A program made the translations under genes and the position numbers. From the NCBI GenBank assembly GCA_021155855.1, contig JAJNAZ010000016.1:2249-66248 (forward strand): a stretch of 64,000 bases of DNA, in the 5' to 3' direction. The DNA comes from Solirubrobacterales bacterium (GTDB taxonomy: Bacteria > Actinomycetota > Thermoleophilia > Solirubrobacterales > 70-9). This document shows, piece after piece, positions 18,112-26,238 of the stretch; positions within the stretch are counted from its first letter, which is position 1; each line of letters starts with the position of its first letter. The notes beneath the pieces are model-generated. The model did no database searches. It worked only from the letters and a program-made list of their open reading frames with translations, and was not told the DNA's origin.

Positions 18112-18161
18112 AAGCCCGTGCCCTCGGGCTCGCCCAGGCGGCTGACTATGCTCATCCGCCC

Positions 18162-19667
18162 GTGAGCTACTACGTCACCACCCCGATCTACTACGTCAAC
18201 GCCGAGCCGCACCTCGGGCACGCGTACACGACGATCGCCGCCGACATCATCGCCCGCCACATGCGCGAGCGCGGCGAGGACGTCTTCTTTCTCACCGGCA
18301 CCGACGAGCACGGCGAGCCGGTTGCGCTGGCGGCGGAGCGCGAGGGGATCCCCCCGCAGGAGCTCGCCGACCGCAACGCGCCCCGGTTTCAGGAGATGGG
18401 CGAGCGGGTCGAGGCCTCCAACGACTTCTTCATTCGGACCTCGGATCCACGGCACGCCGCCAGGGTGGCCGAGGTGATGCAGCGCGTCTACGACAACGGC
18501 CACGTCTACGAGGGGGTCTACGAGGGCTGGTACTGCCCGCGCTGCGCCGACTTCAAGACCGAGCGCGAGCTCGGCCCCGGCCACACCTGCCCGATCCACG
18601 AGATCCCGCTCGAGCGCGAGCGCGAGGAAAACTGGTTCTTCCGCCTCTCGGCGTTCGAGGACGACCTCAAGCGCCTCTACGCCGAACGCCCCGACTTCGT
18701 CGTCCCCGACTACCGCCGCAACGAAGCGCTCTCGTTCATCGAGCGGGGGCTCGAGGACGTCTCGCTCTCACGGCCGAAGCTGGAGTGGGGGATGCCGCTT
18801 CCCTGGGATCCGAGCCAACGCATGTACGTGTGGTTCGACGCGCTCCTCAACTACTACACGGCGCTCTCGTTCGCCCGCGACGGCGAGGACCTCACCGATC
18901 GCTACTGGCCCGCGAACCGCCACGTGCTCGGCAAGGACATCCTCAAGTTCCACGCCGTGATCTGGCCGGCGCTGCTGATCGCCGCCGGGCTCGAGCCGCC
19001 GCGGGGGATGGTCATCCACGGATTCCTGCTGATGGGCGAGAAGAAGATGTCGAAGTCGCTGGGCAACGTGCTCGACCCCACCGAGGTGATCGATCGCTTC
19101 GGTGCCGACGCGCTGCGTTTCTACTGCTTCCGCGAGGTCTCCTTCGGCCGAGACGGAAGCGTCTCGGCGGCCGGGTTCGAGGCTCGCTATGAGACCGAGC
19201 TCGCCAACGATTGGGGCAATCTCGCCAGTCGCACGCTGGCGATGATCGAGCGCTATCGCGGGGGGGTCGTGCCCGACGCCGAGCCGGACGCTGAGCTGGC
19301 GAGCGGCGAGGATGCGCTTGCGGGCGTCGACGGCGTCGTCCGCGAGCTGCTCGACCGCGCCGAGCTGACCCAGGCGCTGGAGGCGATCTGGGCGCGGGTG
19401 CGGAGGCTGAACCGCTACGTCGAGGAAGCCCGGCCCTGGGACCTGGCGAAGGACGATTCGCAGGCCGCGCGGCTGGAGCAGGTGCTCTACAACCTCGCCG
19501 AGGGCATCCGGGTGCTGGCGCTGCTTTTGCATCCCTACATGCCCGAGACCAGCGGCCGGCTGCTCGACGCGCTCGCCGAGGGCGCCCGTGAGCTCGACGC
19601 GTTCGGCGCTCGCGGCGGCGGCCAGGCGATCGAGCGGATCCCGCCCCTGTTCCCGAAGCTGGACTGA
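18162..19667 (+). CDS. metG: Methionine--tRNA ligase (short form, no C-terminal dimerisation domain)
   Basis: TTPIYYVNAEPHLGHAYTTIAADIIAR (HIGH region) and KMSKSLGN (KMSKS). GTG start. Confidence 0.95.
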   Translation: MSYYVTTPIYYVNAEPHLGHAYTTIAADIIARHMRERGEDVFFLTGTDEHGEPVALAAEREGIPPQELADRNAPRFQEMGERVEASNDFFIRTSDPRHAARVAEVMQRVYDNGHVYEGVYEGWYCPRCADFKTERELGPGHTCPIHEIPLEREREENWFFRLSAFEDDLKRLYAERPDFVVPDYRRNEALSFIERGLEDVSLSRPKLEWGMPLPWDPSQRMYVWFDALLNYYTALSFARDGEDLTDRYWPANRHVLGKDILKFHAVIWPALLIAAGLEPPRGMVIHGFLLMGEKKMSKSLGNVLDPTEVIDRFGADALRFYCFREVSFGRDGSVSAAGFEARYETELANDWGNLASRTLAMIERYRGGVVPDAEPDAELASGEDALAGVDGVVRELLDRAELTQALEAIWARVRRLNRYVEEARPWDLAKDDSQAARLEQVLYNLAEGIRVLALLLHPYMPETSGRLLDALAEGARELDAFGARGGGQAIERIPPLFPKLD

Positions 19668-19748
19668 GCCGGACCCTCTCGGTGGCGCCGGCGCGCCGCG
19701 CTCGATCGCGCGCCGGGCGAGGGTCGGGAGCGGATATAGGGTGGCCCG

Positions 19749-20534
19749 ATGATCGACACCCATTGCCACCTCGGACTCTGCGACCCGCCCGACGACGAGT
19801 TGGTCGCCGGCGCGCGCCGGGTCGGCGTTCGGCGCCTGCTCAGCGTCGGCATCGACGATGCTGGCAGCGCGGAGGCGATCGCCGCCGCCCAGCGCCACGA
19901 GGAGGTGTTCGCCTGTGTCGGGCGCCACCCGAACGGGGCGACTGGATTCGACGATGCGGCCGCGGCGCGGATCGAGGAGCTGGCACGAGACCCGCGGGTG
20001 GTCGCGGTGGGGGAGACCGGGCTCGACTACTACCGCGGTCGGGCCCCGCGCACCGACCAGCATCGCGCCTTCCGCGCCCAGATCGAGATCGCTCGCCGGC
20101 TCGGCAAGCCGCTCGTCATCCACGTCCGCGACGGCGGTCAGACCACCGACGGCGAGGCGCTCGCCGAGACCTTCGAGACCCTGCGCGCCGAAGCGAGCGG
20201 GGTGACCGTGGTCCTGCACTGCTTCTCGGCGCCGCCCGAGCGCGCGCTCGAGGCAGCCGAGTGGGGGTGGAGCTGCTCCTTCGCGGGCAACCTCACCTAT
20301 CCGAAGGCAGAGACGCTGCGCGAGGCGGCCAGGGCGGTGCCCGACGAGCTGCTCCTGGTGGAGACCGACGCCCCGTTCCTGGCCCCGCAGGTGGCGCGCG
20401 GGAAGCCGAACGAGCCCGCGAACGTGGTCGCCACCGCGGAGCGGCTCGCCGAGGTGCGCGAGGTTCCCTACCACGAGCTCGAGGCGGCGGTCGAGGCGAA
20501 CGCCGCGCGAGTGTTCGGATGGGACGCGTCGTGA
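19749..20534 (+). CDS. tatD: TatD family metal-dependent hydrolase/DNase
   Basis: MIDTHCHL start, GETGLDYY, VIHVRD, LVETDAPFL. Confidence 0.9.
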   Translation: MIDTHCHLGLCDPPDDELVAGARRVGVRRLLSVGIDDAGSAEAIAAAQRHEEVFACVGRHPNGATGFDDAAAARIEELARDPRVVAVGETGLDYYRGRAPRTDQHRAFRAQIEIARRLGKPLVIHVRDGGQTTDGEALAETFETLRAEASGVTVVLHCFSAPPERALEAAEWGWSCSFAGNLTYPKAETLREAARAVPDELLLVETDAPFLAPQVARGKPNEPANVVATAERLAEVREVPYHELEAAVEANAARVFGWDAS

Positions 20535-20571
20535 CCGCGCCGCCCCGGGATGCGAGCCGAGGGGGCCGCCG

Positions 20572-21327
20572 GTGAGATTGGGTCAGAACTTCCTTGTCGA
20601 CCCCAATCTGCTGACGGCGATCGTTCGCGAGGCCGACCCGAGCCCCGACGACGTCGTGCTCGAGATCGGCGGCGGCGAGGGCGCGCTGACCGCAAAGCTG
20701 GCGCCGCGGGTGGCGACCGTGCACGTGGTCGAGCTCGATGAGCGTCTCCGCCCGGCGCTCGAGCGGGTGGCGGCCGCGCACGGGAACGTCGAGCTGCACT
20801 TCGCCGACGCGATGCGGTTTGACCTGGCGCGGCTCGAGCCGCCGCCGGACCGGATGGTGGCCAACCTCCCGTACTCGATCGCGACGCCGCTGATCCTGCG
20901 CACGATCGCCGAGCTCGAGGGGCTGCGGCGCTGGACGCTGATGGTGCAGCGCGAGATCGCCGACCGGCTGCGCGCCTCGCCGGGCTCGCGCCTCTACGGT
21001 TCGCCGAGCGTGCTCGTCCAGCTCGCCTGCGAGGTGCGCCTGCTGCGGACCGTCGATCGCGCCGTGTTCAAGCCCCGCCCCCGGGTCGACTCGGCGCTGC
21101 TCGAGCTCGTGCGCGGCGGGCCGGCGGCCGCACCCGTGGTGGTGGAGCTGGTCCGCGACGCGTTCGCGCACCGGCGCAAGTCGCTCGCCCGCTCGCTCGA
21201 GCATGCGCGCCCAGGCACGCGGGAGGCCGCCCGCACGGCGCTCGAGCGGCTCGACCTGCCTGCGGACGCGCGCGCGGAGCAGGTCGCGCCGGCGCAGTAC
21301 GTTGCCCTCGCGAAGGCGCTCCGATGA
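20572..21327 (+). CDS. rsmA: 16S rRNA (adenine1518/1519-N6)-dimethyltransferase
   Basis: LGQNFLVDPNLL, VLEIGGGEGALT SAM motif, ANLPYSIATP. Confidence 0.9.
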   Translation: MRLGQNFLVDPNLLTAIVREADPSPDDVVLEIGGGEGALTAKLAPRVATVHVVELDERLRPALERVAAAHGNVELHFADAMRFDLARLEPPPDRMVANLPYSIATPLILRTIAELEGLRRWTLMVQREIADRLRASPGSRLYGSPSVLVQLACEVRLLRTVDRAVFKPRPRVDSALLELVRGGPAAAPVVVELVRDAFAHRRKSLARSLEHARPGTREAARTALERLDLPADARAEQVAPAQYVALAKALR

Positions 21328-22166
21328 TCATTAGGGCGCCGGCGAAGCTCAACCTCTGCCTCTATCTCGGCGGCCGGCGCGACGACGGGCTGCACGAGCT
21401 GCGCTCGCTGTTCTGTCCGGTGCTGCTCTCCGACCGGATCGAGCTCGCCGCCGCGAGCGGTGAGGCCGACGAGGTGGTCTGTGCGGGGGTGGAGGGCCCG
21501 AACCTGGTCGGCGTCGCCCTGGAGGCGATGCGGGCTCGCGGCTGGCGCCACGAGCCGCTGCGGGTCGAGATCGAGAAGCGGATCCCGGTCGCCGCCGGCC
21601 TCGGCGGCGGCAGCGCCGACGCGGCCGCCGTCCTGCGGCTCGCCGGCGATCAGATCGCCGATCTGGCCGGGCTCGCCCTCGGCCTCGGCGCCGACGTGCC
21701 CTCGCAGCTCGACCCCACCTTCGCACTCGTCGGCGGTGCAGGCGAGGTGATCGAGGCGCTGCCGGTCCCGGGTGAGTTCGCCGTCGTCCTGATCCCCGAC
21801 GACGACGGCCTCGACACCGGCGCGGTCTACGCGGAGGCCGATTCGCTCGGGCTCGGCCGCGACGCCGCGGAGCTCGACCGGCTGGCGGGCGAGCTGCGGA
21901 CCGCGGCCGCCGCCGGCCGTCCGCCGCTCGAATACGCGGAGCTGCTCGTCAACGATCTCGAGCAGGCGGCGATCTCGCTGCGTCCGCGGATCGCAGAGGT
22001 GCTCGGGGCCCTGGAAGAGGTCGGCGCGGCACGGGCGCTGGTCGCCGGCTCGGGGCCGACCGCGTTCGGGCTCTTCGACGACATCGTCGCCGCCGACTCC
22101 GCGGCGGCGGCGCTGCCGCCCCGCTACGCGAACGCGATCGTCTCGGCGCCGCAGCGACTCGGATAA
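21324..22166 (+). CDS. ispE: 4-diphosphocytidyl-2-C-methyl-D-erythritol kinase
   Basis: APAKLNLCLYLGGRRDDGLHEL and the GHMP motif IPVAAGLGGGSADAAA. ATGA overlap with rsmA. Confidence 0.9.
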   Translation: MIIRAPAKLNLCLYLGGRRDDGLHELRSLFCPVLLSDRIELAAASGEADEVVCAGVEGPNLVGVALEAMRARGWRHEPLRVEIEKRIPVAAGLGGGSADAAAVLRLAGDQIADLAGLALGLGADVPSQLDPTFALVGGAGEVIEALPVPGEFAVVLIPDDDGLDTGAVYAEADSLGLGRDAAELDRLAGELRTAAAAGRPPLEYAELLVNDLEQAAISLRPRIAEVLGALEEVGAARALVAGSGPTAFGLFDDIVAADSAAAALPPRYANAIVSAPQRLG

Positions 22167-22174
22167 TCGAGTTC

Positions 22175-23683
22175 GTGCGGCTCGGCGGCGAGAAGGAGGG
22201 ACGGGGGGAGAGGATTCGGCTGATCGCGCTGATCGCCGTCCTCGCGGGCGGCTTCATCGCCTTCCAGCAGCTCGCCCCCAGCCTCGATATCGAGGGTTGG
22301 CTCGAGGACCTGGCGGCCGACCTCGGCGATCTCACCTACCTCCTCGTCGGCCTGCTCGCCTTCGCCGAGACCGGCGCCTTCGTCGGGCTCGTCTTCCCCG
22401 GCGAGACGGCGGTGATCATCGGCGGTGCGCTCGCCGGCCAGGGCGAGAACTCGGTCGTCCTGATGCTGGCGGTCGTCTGGTTCTGCGCCTGGGCGGGCGA
22501 CACGGTCAGCTTCGTGCTCGGCCAGCGGCTGGGGCGCGACTTCGTTCTCCGGCACGGGCCGAAGGTGCGGATCACCGAGGAGCGCTTCGGCCAGGTCGAG
22601 TCCTATTTCGCGCGTCACGGGGGCAAGACGATTCTGATCGGGCGCTTCATCGGCCTGGTCCGGGCGCTGGCGCCGTTCATCGCCGGCAGCTCCGGGATGG
22701 CCTACCGGGCCTTCCTGCCCTACAGCGTGCTCGGCACCGGGCTCTGGGCGGCGACCTTCACCCTGCTCGGTTACTTCATCTCCGAGAACATCAACGAGGC
22801 GACCGAGCTGGCGAGCAGAGGCGTGTTCGTCTTCGGCGCGGTGGTGGTCACGGTGCTCGTGGTGGTGCTCGGGGTCCGTTTTCTGCGCCGGCGAGAGAAC
22901 CGCCAGCGGCTGGCGCGGAGGATGGACGCGGTGCCGACGCTGCGCCCGCTGGTCGTGCTCGGTCGCCGAATCGAGCCCGAGGCGCGCTTCCTCTGGCACC
23001 GGCTGACGCCCGGCGGGCTGGGGCTCGAGTTCACCAGCCTGATGGCGGCGCTCGCGGTGGCGCTGTTCGGGGTCGTCGGCTTCGCCGAGGTGGTCTCCGC
23101 GACCCCCGGGCCGACGCGCGCCGATCGGCAGGCGATCGACGTGGTCAGCGAATTGCGCGCCGACTGGCTCACCGACCTCGCCAAGGCGGTTACCGTGCTC
23201 GGCTCGACCCCGGTCACGGTCCTCGTCGCCCTCGCCGCGGCCGTCGTCCTCGGGATCCGTCGGCGCTGGACCGAGGTCTGGGTGCTGGTCGTCGCGCTTG
23301 CGATCTGCCACATCGCGGTGCCGGTGCTCAAGGAGGCGACCGACCGCCCGCGGCCTGCCGACGGGTTGGTCGACACGAGCGGCAACTCCTATCCGAGCGG
23401 TCATGCGACGTACTCGGTCCTCTACACCTGGCTCGTGCTGACGATCGCCGTCCGGGTGCGGCCCGGGCTCACCCACGCCTCGGCGCTGATCGTGGTCGGG
23501 GTGGCGGTCACGCTCGCGGTCGGGCTCAGCCGCGTCTACCTCGGCGTTCACTACCTCTCGGACGTCACCGGCGGCTGGGCGCTCGGGGTATCGGCGTTCG
23601 CCGGTTGTGCCGCGGTTGCGATGGTCATCGGCCACATTCGGCAGAATCAGCCCCGGAGGACGGATTCATCACCCCGCCCATAG
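22175..23683 (+). CDS. Bifunctional DedA-family / PAP2-family phosphatase membrane protein (fusion)
   Basis: The N-terminal half has DedA features: FAETGAFVGLVFPGETAVIIGG ... GRFIGLVRALAPFIAGSSGM. The C-terminal half has PAP2 motifs: KEATDRPRP, YPSGHA, SRVYLGVHYLSDV. Confidence 0.85.
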   Translation: MRLGGEKEGRGERIRLIALIAVLAGGFIAFQQLAPSLDIEGWLEDLAADLGDLTYLLVGLLAFAETGAFVGLVFPGETAVIIGGALAGQGENSVVLMLAVVWFCAWAGDTVSFVLGQRLGRDFVLRHGPKVRITEERFGQVESYFARHGGKTILIGRFIGLVRALAPFIAGSSGMAYRAFLPYSVLGTGLWAATFTLLGYFISENINEATELASRGVFVFGAVVVTVLVVVLGVRFLRRRENRQRLARRMDAVPTLRPLVVLGRRIEPEARFLWHRLTPGGLGLEFTSLMAALAVALFGVVGFAEVVSATPGPTRADRQAIDVVSELRADWLTDLAKAVTVLGSTPVTVLVALAAAVVLGIRRRWTEVWVLVVALAICHIAVPVLKEATDRPRPADGLVDTSGNSYPSGHATYSVLYTWLVLTIAVRVRPGLTHASALIVVGVAVTLAVGLSRVYLGVHYLSDVTGGWALGVSAFAGCAAVAMVIGHIRQNQPRRTDSSPRP

Positions 23684-23913
23684 CCCTTGGAACCGAATAC
23701 TTCCTCTTCGGCGGCGCCGGACTGGTCAGCCTGCTCGCGTTCGCGGCGCTGATCCTGGTGCCCGCGATCGGCTCCTTCGGCCGCACCTGGGAGAAGGCGA
23801 CCGCGGTGCTGGTTTCGATCTTCGTGCTCCTGGCGTTGCTGGCGATCGGGGTCGCCCTGGGCGTTGCAATCGTCTACTACTGGGACGACATCACCGAGCT
23901 TTTCGGCAACTAG
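23605..23913 (+). CDS. Possible small 2-TM membrane protein; start unresolved
   Basis: The tail of shadow ORF 22297..23913 suddenly reads like a real membrane protein: EYFLFGGAGLVSLLAFAALILVPAIGSFGRTWEKATAVLVSIFVLLALLAIGVALGVAIVYYWDDITELFGN. No ATG or GTG lies before the first TM. The only canonical in-frame start is TTG 23605, which overlaps the PAP2 gene by 79 nt. Confidence 0.35.
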   Translation: MCRGCDGHRPHSAESAPEDGFITPPIALGTEYFLFGGAGLVSLLAFAALILVPAIGSFGRTWEKATAVLVSIFVLLALLAIGVALGVAIVYYWDDITELFGN

Positions 23914-23961
23914 GTGCTTGGTTTTCGCCGCCTTTGTGCATGGCGGGCCTAGAATTCGGCG

Positions 23962-25209
23962 GTGGCTTCGAAGCGGGCCGTGGAGGAAAGTCCTGCAAAG
24001 GGCGATGATTCGGGGGCGCTTGATGCGCTCTCGGAGGCGATCGAGTCGGGCGCGGGGCTGCCGGCGGTGGCGCGGGCCGCGAGTGCCGCGCTGGGTGGCA
24101 GTGTTGCCCTGATCGACCGTTCGAGTGCGGTGCTCGCGGTCGCCGCGAGCTCCTCGGCCGAGGAGGCGAAGCTGCTCGCTGCCGAGGGCGACGTGGAGAC
24201 GCTGGAGCTGCGGGTCGCCGACGCGGCGGTCGGCGAGCTGCGCTACAGGGCGCGGGGCGGGGATCCGTCTTCGACCCTGACACGGATGATCTCGACGCTG
24301 CTCGCGCTCGAGCTCGAGCGCTCTCGGTCGCCGGAGTGGGCGAGCGACGAGGCGGCGGGCGAGTTCGTTCGCGCGGTGCTCGGGCGCAAGGTGACCGACC
24401 GCGGCGACATCGTCGCTCGCGCCGCCGAGCTCGCCGCCGACGTCGAGCAGGGCGGCGGGGTGGTGGTCGCCCGGGCGGCGCCGCGGACGGCGCAGACGGG
24501 AGACTGGCGCGCCCGGGTGCTGATCGTCGCCCTGCGCTCGCTGCGCTCGGCCACCTCCGGGGCAATCGCGGAGCTCGCCGAGGACGGCGATCGCGCCGAG
24601 GTCAGCGCGATCATCCCCGTGGCCGAGCTCGGGCAGCTCGAGCGCGCGGCGCAGGCGCTGGCACGGGAGCTGACCGCGTCGTTGCCGGGCTTCCATCTCA
24701 CGGTTGCGCGCAGCCGCTGGGTCGCCGACCCCGTGGATCTCTACCGGGCCGGCCAGGAGGCGCTGCTGGCGGCCAACGTCGCCGAGGCGGACGGGCTCGA
24801 GCTGCTCGCCTTCGAGGACACCGGTTCCTACCGCCTGCTGTTGCCGGCGATGAGCGAGGACGCGGGCGAGCTCGAGCGCTTCTACGAGGAGACGGTCGCG
24901 CCGCTGTCGGCCTACGACGAACAGTACGAGACCGAGCTCGTGGCGACGATCGAGGCCTACCTGGAGAACGACGGCAACGTGACCCCGACGGCCGAGCAGC
25001 TGTTCACCCACCGCCACACGATCCGCTACCGGCTCGAGCGCGTCAGGGAGCTCTGTGGCCACGACATCACCTCGACCGAGGGGCGCGAGAAGCTCGGCCT
25101 CGGGCTCAAGGCGATGCGGGTGCTCGGCATCGCGCCGCCGCGCGGCCCGGCGCTCGAACCCGGCACCGAGGCGGGCCGGGCCAAGGTGCGCCACAAGGCC
25201 GAGGACTGA
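23962..25209 (+). CDS. PucR/CdaR-family transcriptional regulator
   Basis: The C-terminal PucR HTH is TAEQLFTHRHTIRYRLERVRELCGHDITSTEGREKLGLGLKAMRVLG. GTG start. Confidence 0.8.
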   Translation: MASKRAVEESPAKGDDSGALDALSEAIESGAGLPAVARAASAALGGSVALIDRSSAVLAVAASSSAEEAKLLAAEGDVETLELRVADAAVGELRYRARGGDPSSTLTRMISTLLALELERSRSPEWASDEAAGEFVRAVLGRKVTDRGDIVARAAELAADVEQGGGVVVARAAPRTAQTGDWRARVLIVALRSLRSATSGAIAELAEDGDRAEVSAIIPVAELGQLERAAQALARELTASLPGFHLTVARSRWVADPVDLYRAGQEALLAANVAEADGLELLAFEDTGSYRLLLPAMSEDAGELERFYEETVAPLSAYDEQYETELVATIEAYLENDGNVTPTAEQLFTHRHTIRYRLERVRELCGHDITSTEGREKLGLGLKAMRVLGIAPPRGPALEPGTEAGRAKVRHKAED

Positions 25210-25232
25210 CGGGCGTCGAAGTTCGACCCTGT

Positions 25233-25679
25233 TCACCCCCGGGGCAGGACCCCGAGCAGCCGCTCCTGCGCCCGCTCCATCCGCTCGCCCTCGATCGCGA
25301 GCCCTGGATCGAGCAGCACCTGCAAGAGCAGGCCGTGGAAGAGCGCCAGCACCAGGCCCCCCGCGTCGTCGTCCGCCGCGTCGCTACCCAGCCCGAGCAC
25401 CGACGCAACCTCCGGGCGCGAATGGCGGAAACCCTCCGCGAGCAGATCCCTGACCCGAGCGTCGTGTTGAGCCTTGGCCAGAGCCCCGACGAAGTTTCTC
25501 GTCAGCCCGGCGCGCCGCCGGCCGGTGGTCTCGATCACCTCGGCGGCGGGCCGGAACCGTTCCGCCGGCTCCTGGGTAGCAAGCTCGCCGAGGCGGGTTT
25601 CGATCTCGGCGAGCCAGCGATCGAGTCCCTCGATCACCGCCGCCGTGACGAGGTTGTCCTTGGAGCCGAAGTGGGTATG
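25233..25679 (-). pseudogene. TetR/AcrR-family regulator remnant lacking its N-terminal HTH helices and start codon
   Basis: TetR similarity begins abruptly at HFGSKDNLVTAAVIEGLDRW (the end of the HTH, normally YxHFxSKxxL) and continues through a ligand-domain-like C-terminus. The in-frame upstream sequence is antisense to the DoxX gene and is not TetR-like. Confidence 0.6.
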
Positions 25680-25709
25680 ACCACGACACCGACCCGGGAG
25701 GCCACTCCC

Positions 25710-26060
25710 ATGTTTCTCGCCACCGTCATCATCTCGGCCTTGCTCGCCGGACTGCTGGCGTTCTCGGCGGTCAGAAAGCTCTCCCACGAGCAAGGTGTCG
25801 TCGCGACTTACACCAGGGCGGGCGTGCCCGAGGACAAGCTCGATTACCTGGCGATCACCCTGCTCGCCGGCGCCGCCGGGCTCCTGCTCGGGCTCGTCTG
25901 GGCTCCGATCGGCGTCGCCGCGGCGATCGCACTGGTCTTCTACTTCCTCGTCGCGATCGCCTTTCACATCCGCGCCGACGACGCCGAGCACCTCGCCACA
26001 CCGCTGGCGATCGCCCTGATCGCCGCGGCCGCGCTGATCCTGCGCCTCGCGACCGCCTAG
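25710..26060 (+). CDS. DoxX-like family small membrane protein
   Basis: 116 aa with 4 hydrophobic helices (MFLATVIISALLAGLLAFSAVRKL... FYFLVAIAFHIRADD). GGGAGG lies 9 nt upstream of the ATG. The 5' part of ORF 24336.. is shadow. Confidence 0.7.
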   Translation: MFLATVIISALLAGLLAFSAVRKLSHEQGVVATYTRAGVPEDKLDYLAITLLAGAAGLLLGLVWAPIGVAAAIALVFYFLVAIAFHIRADDAEHLATPLAIALIAAAALILRLATA

Positions 26061-26097
26061 CGAGCTGAGCGGCGGGCTAAGGTGAGTCTCCCTGCTC

Positions 26098-26170
26098 TGG
26101 GGAGTGGGCTAATTGGCAAGCCGCCGGCTTTTGGTGCCGTGTAATCCAGGTTCGAGTCCTGGCTCCCCAA
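26098..26170 (+). tRNA. tRNA-Gln (anticodon UUG)
   Basis: Folded by hand. Acceptor TGGGGAG/CTCCCCA with the U1:A72 pair typical of bacterial tRNA-Gln. D arm GGCT-AATTGGCA-AGCC. Anticodon stem CCGGC/GCCGT (one mismatch) with loop TT-TTG-GT. T arm CCAGG-TTCGAGT-CCTGG. CCA is not encoded. Confidence 0.85.
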
Positions 26171-26238
26171 TCGCTGCCCGGAGAGGCGTCCTACCCGCCG
26201 GCGGGCACTGACACCCTCGACCGCTCTACGATTCGCCG

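Noticed and set aside
18021-18161. Possible T-box or other riboswitch leader upstream of metG. The 2877-2989 spacer upstream of glyQS was considered for the same reason.
   Set aside because: The leaders are only ~140 and ~110 nt. They lack an obvious specifier-loop / T-box (AGGGUGGNACCGCG-like) sequence and a terminator/antiterminator pair. Only the short palindrome at 18093-18111 stands out, and it is reported separately.
17583-18599. ORF 17583..18599 - (338 aa) spanning the remA-metG region.
   Set aside because: It is antisense to both RemA and the MetRS N-terminus, and its translation is Gly/Ala/Arg/Val-rich without motifs.
26061-26238. tRNA-Gln as a possible integration hotspot or genomic-island boundary.
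   Set aside because: No integrase, no direct repeat of the tRNA 3' end, and no phage genes are nearby. tRNA-Gln next to glmU-prs is part of the conserved backbone.
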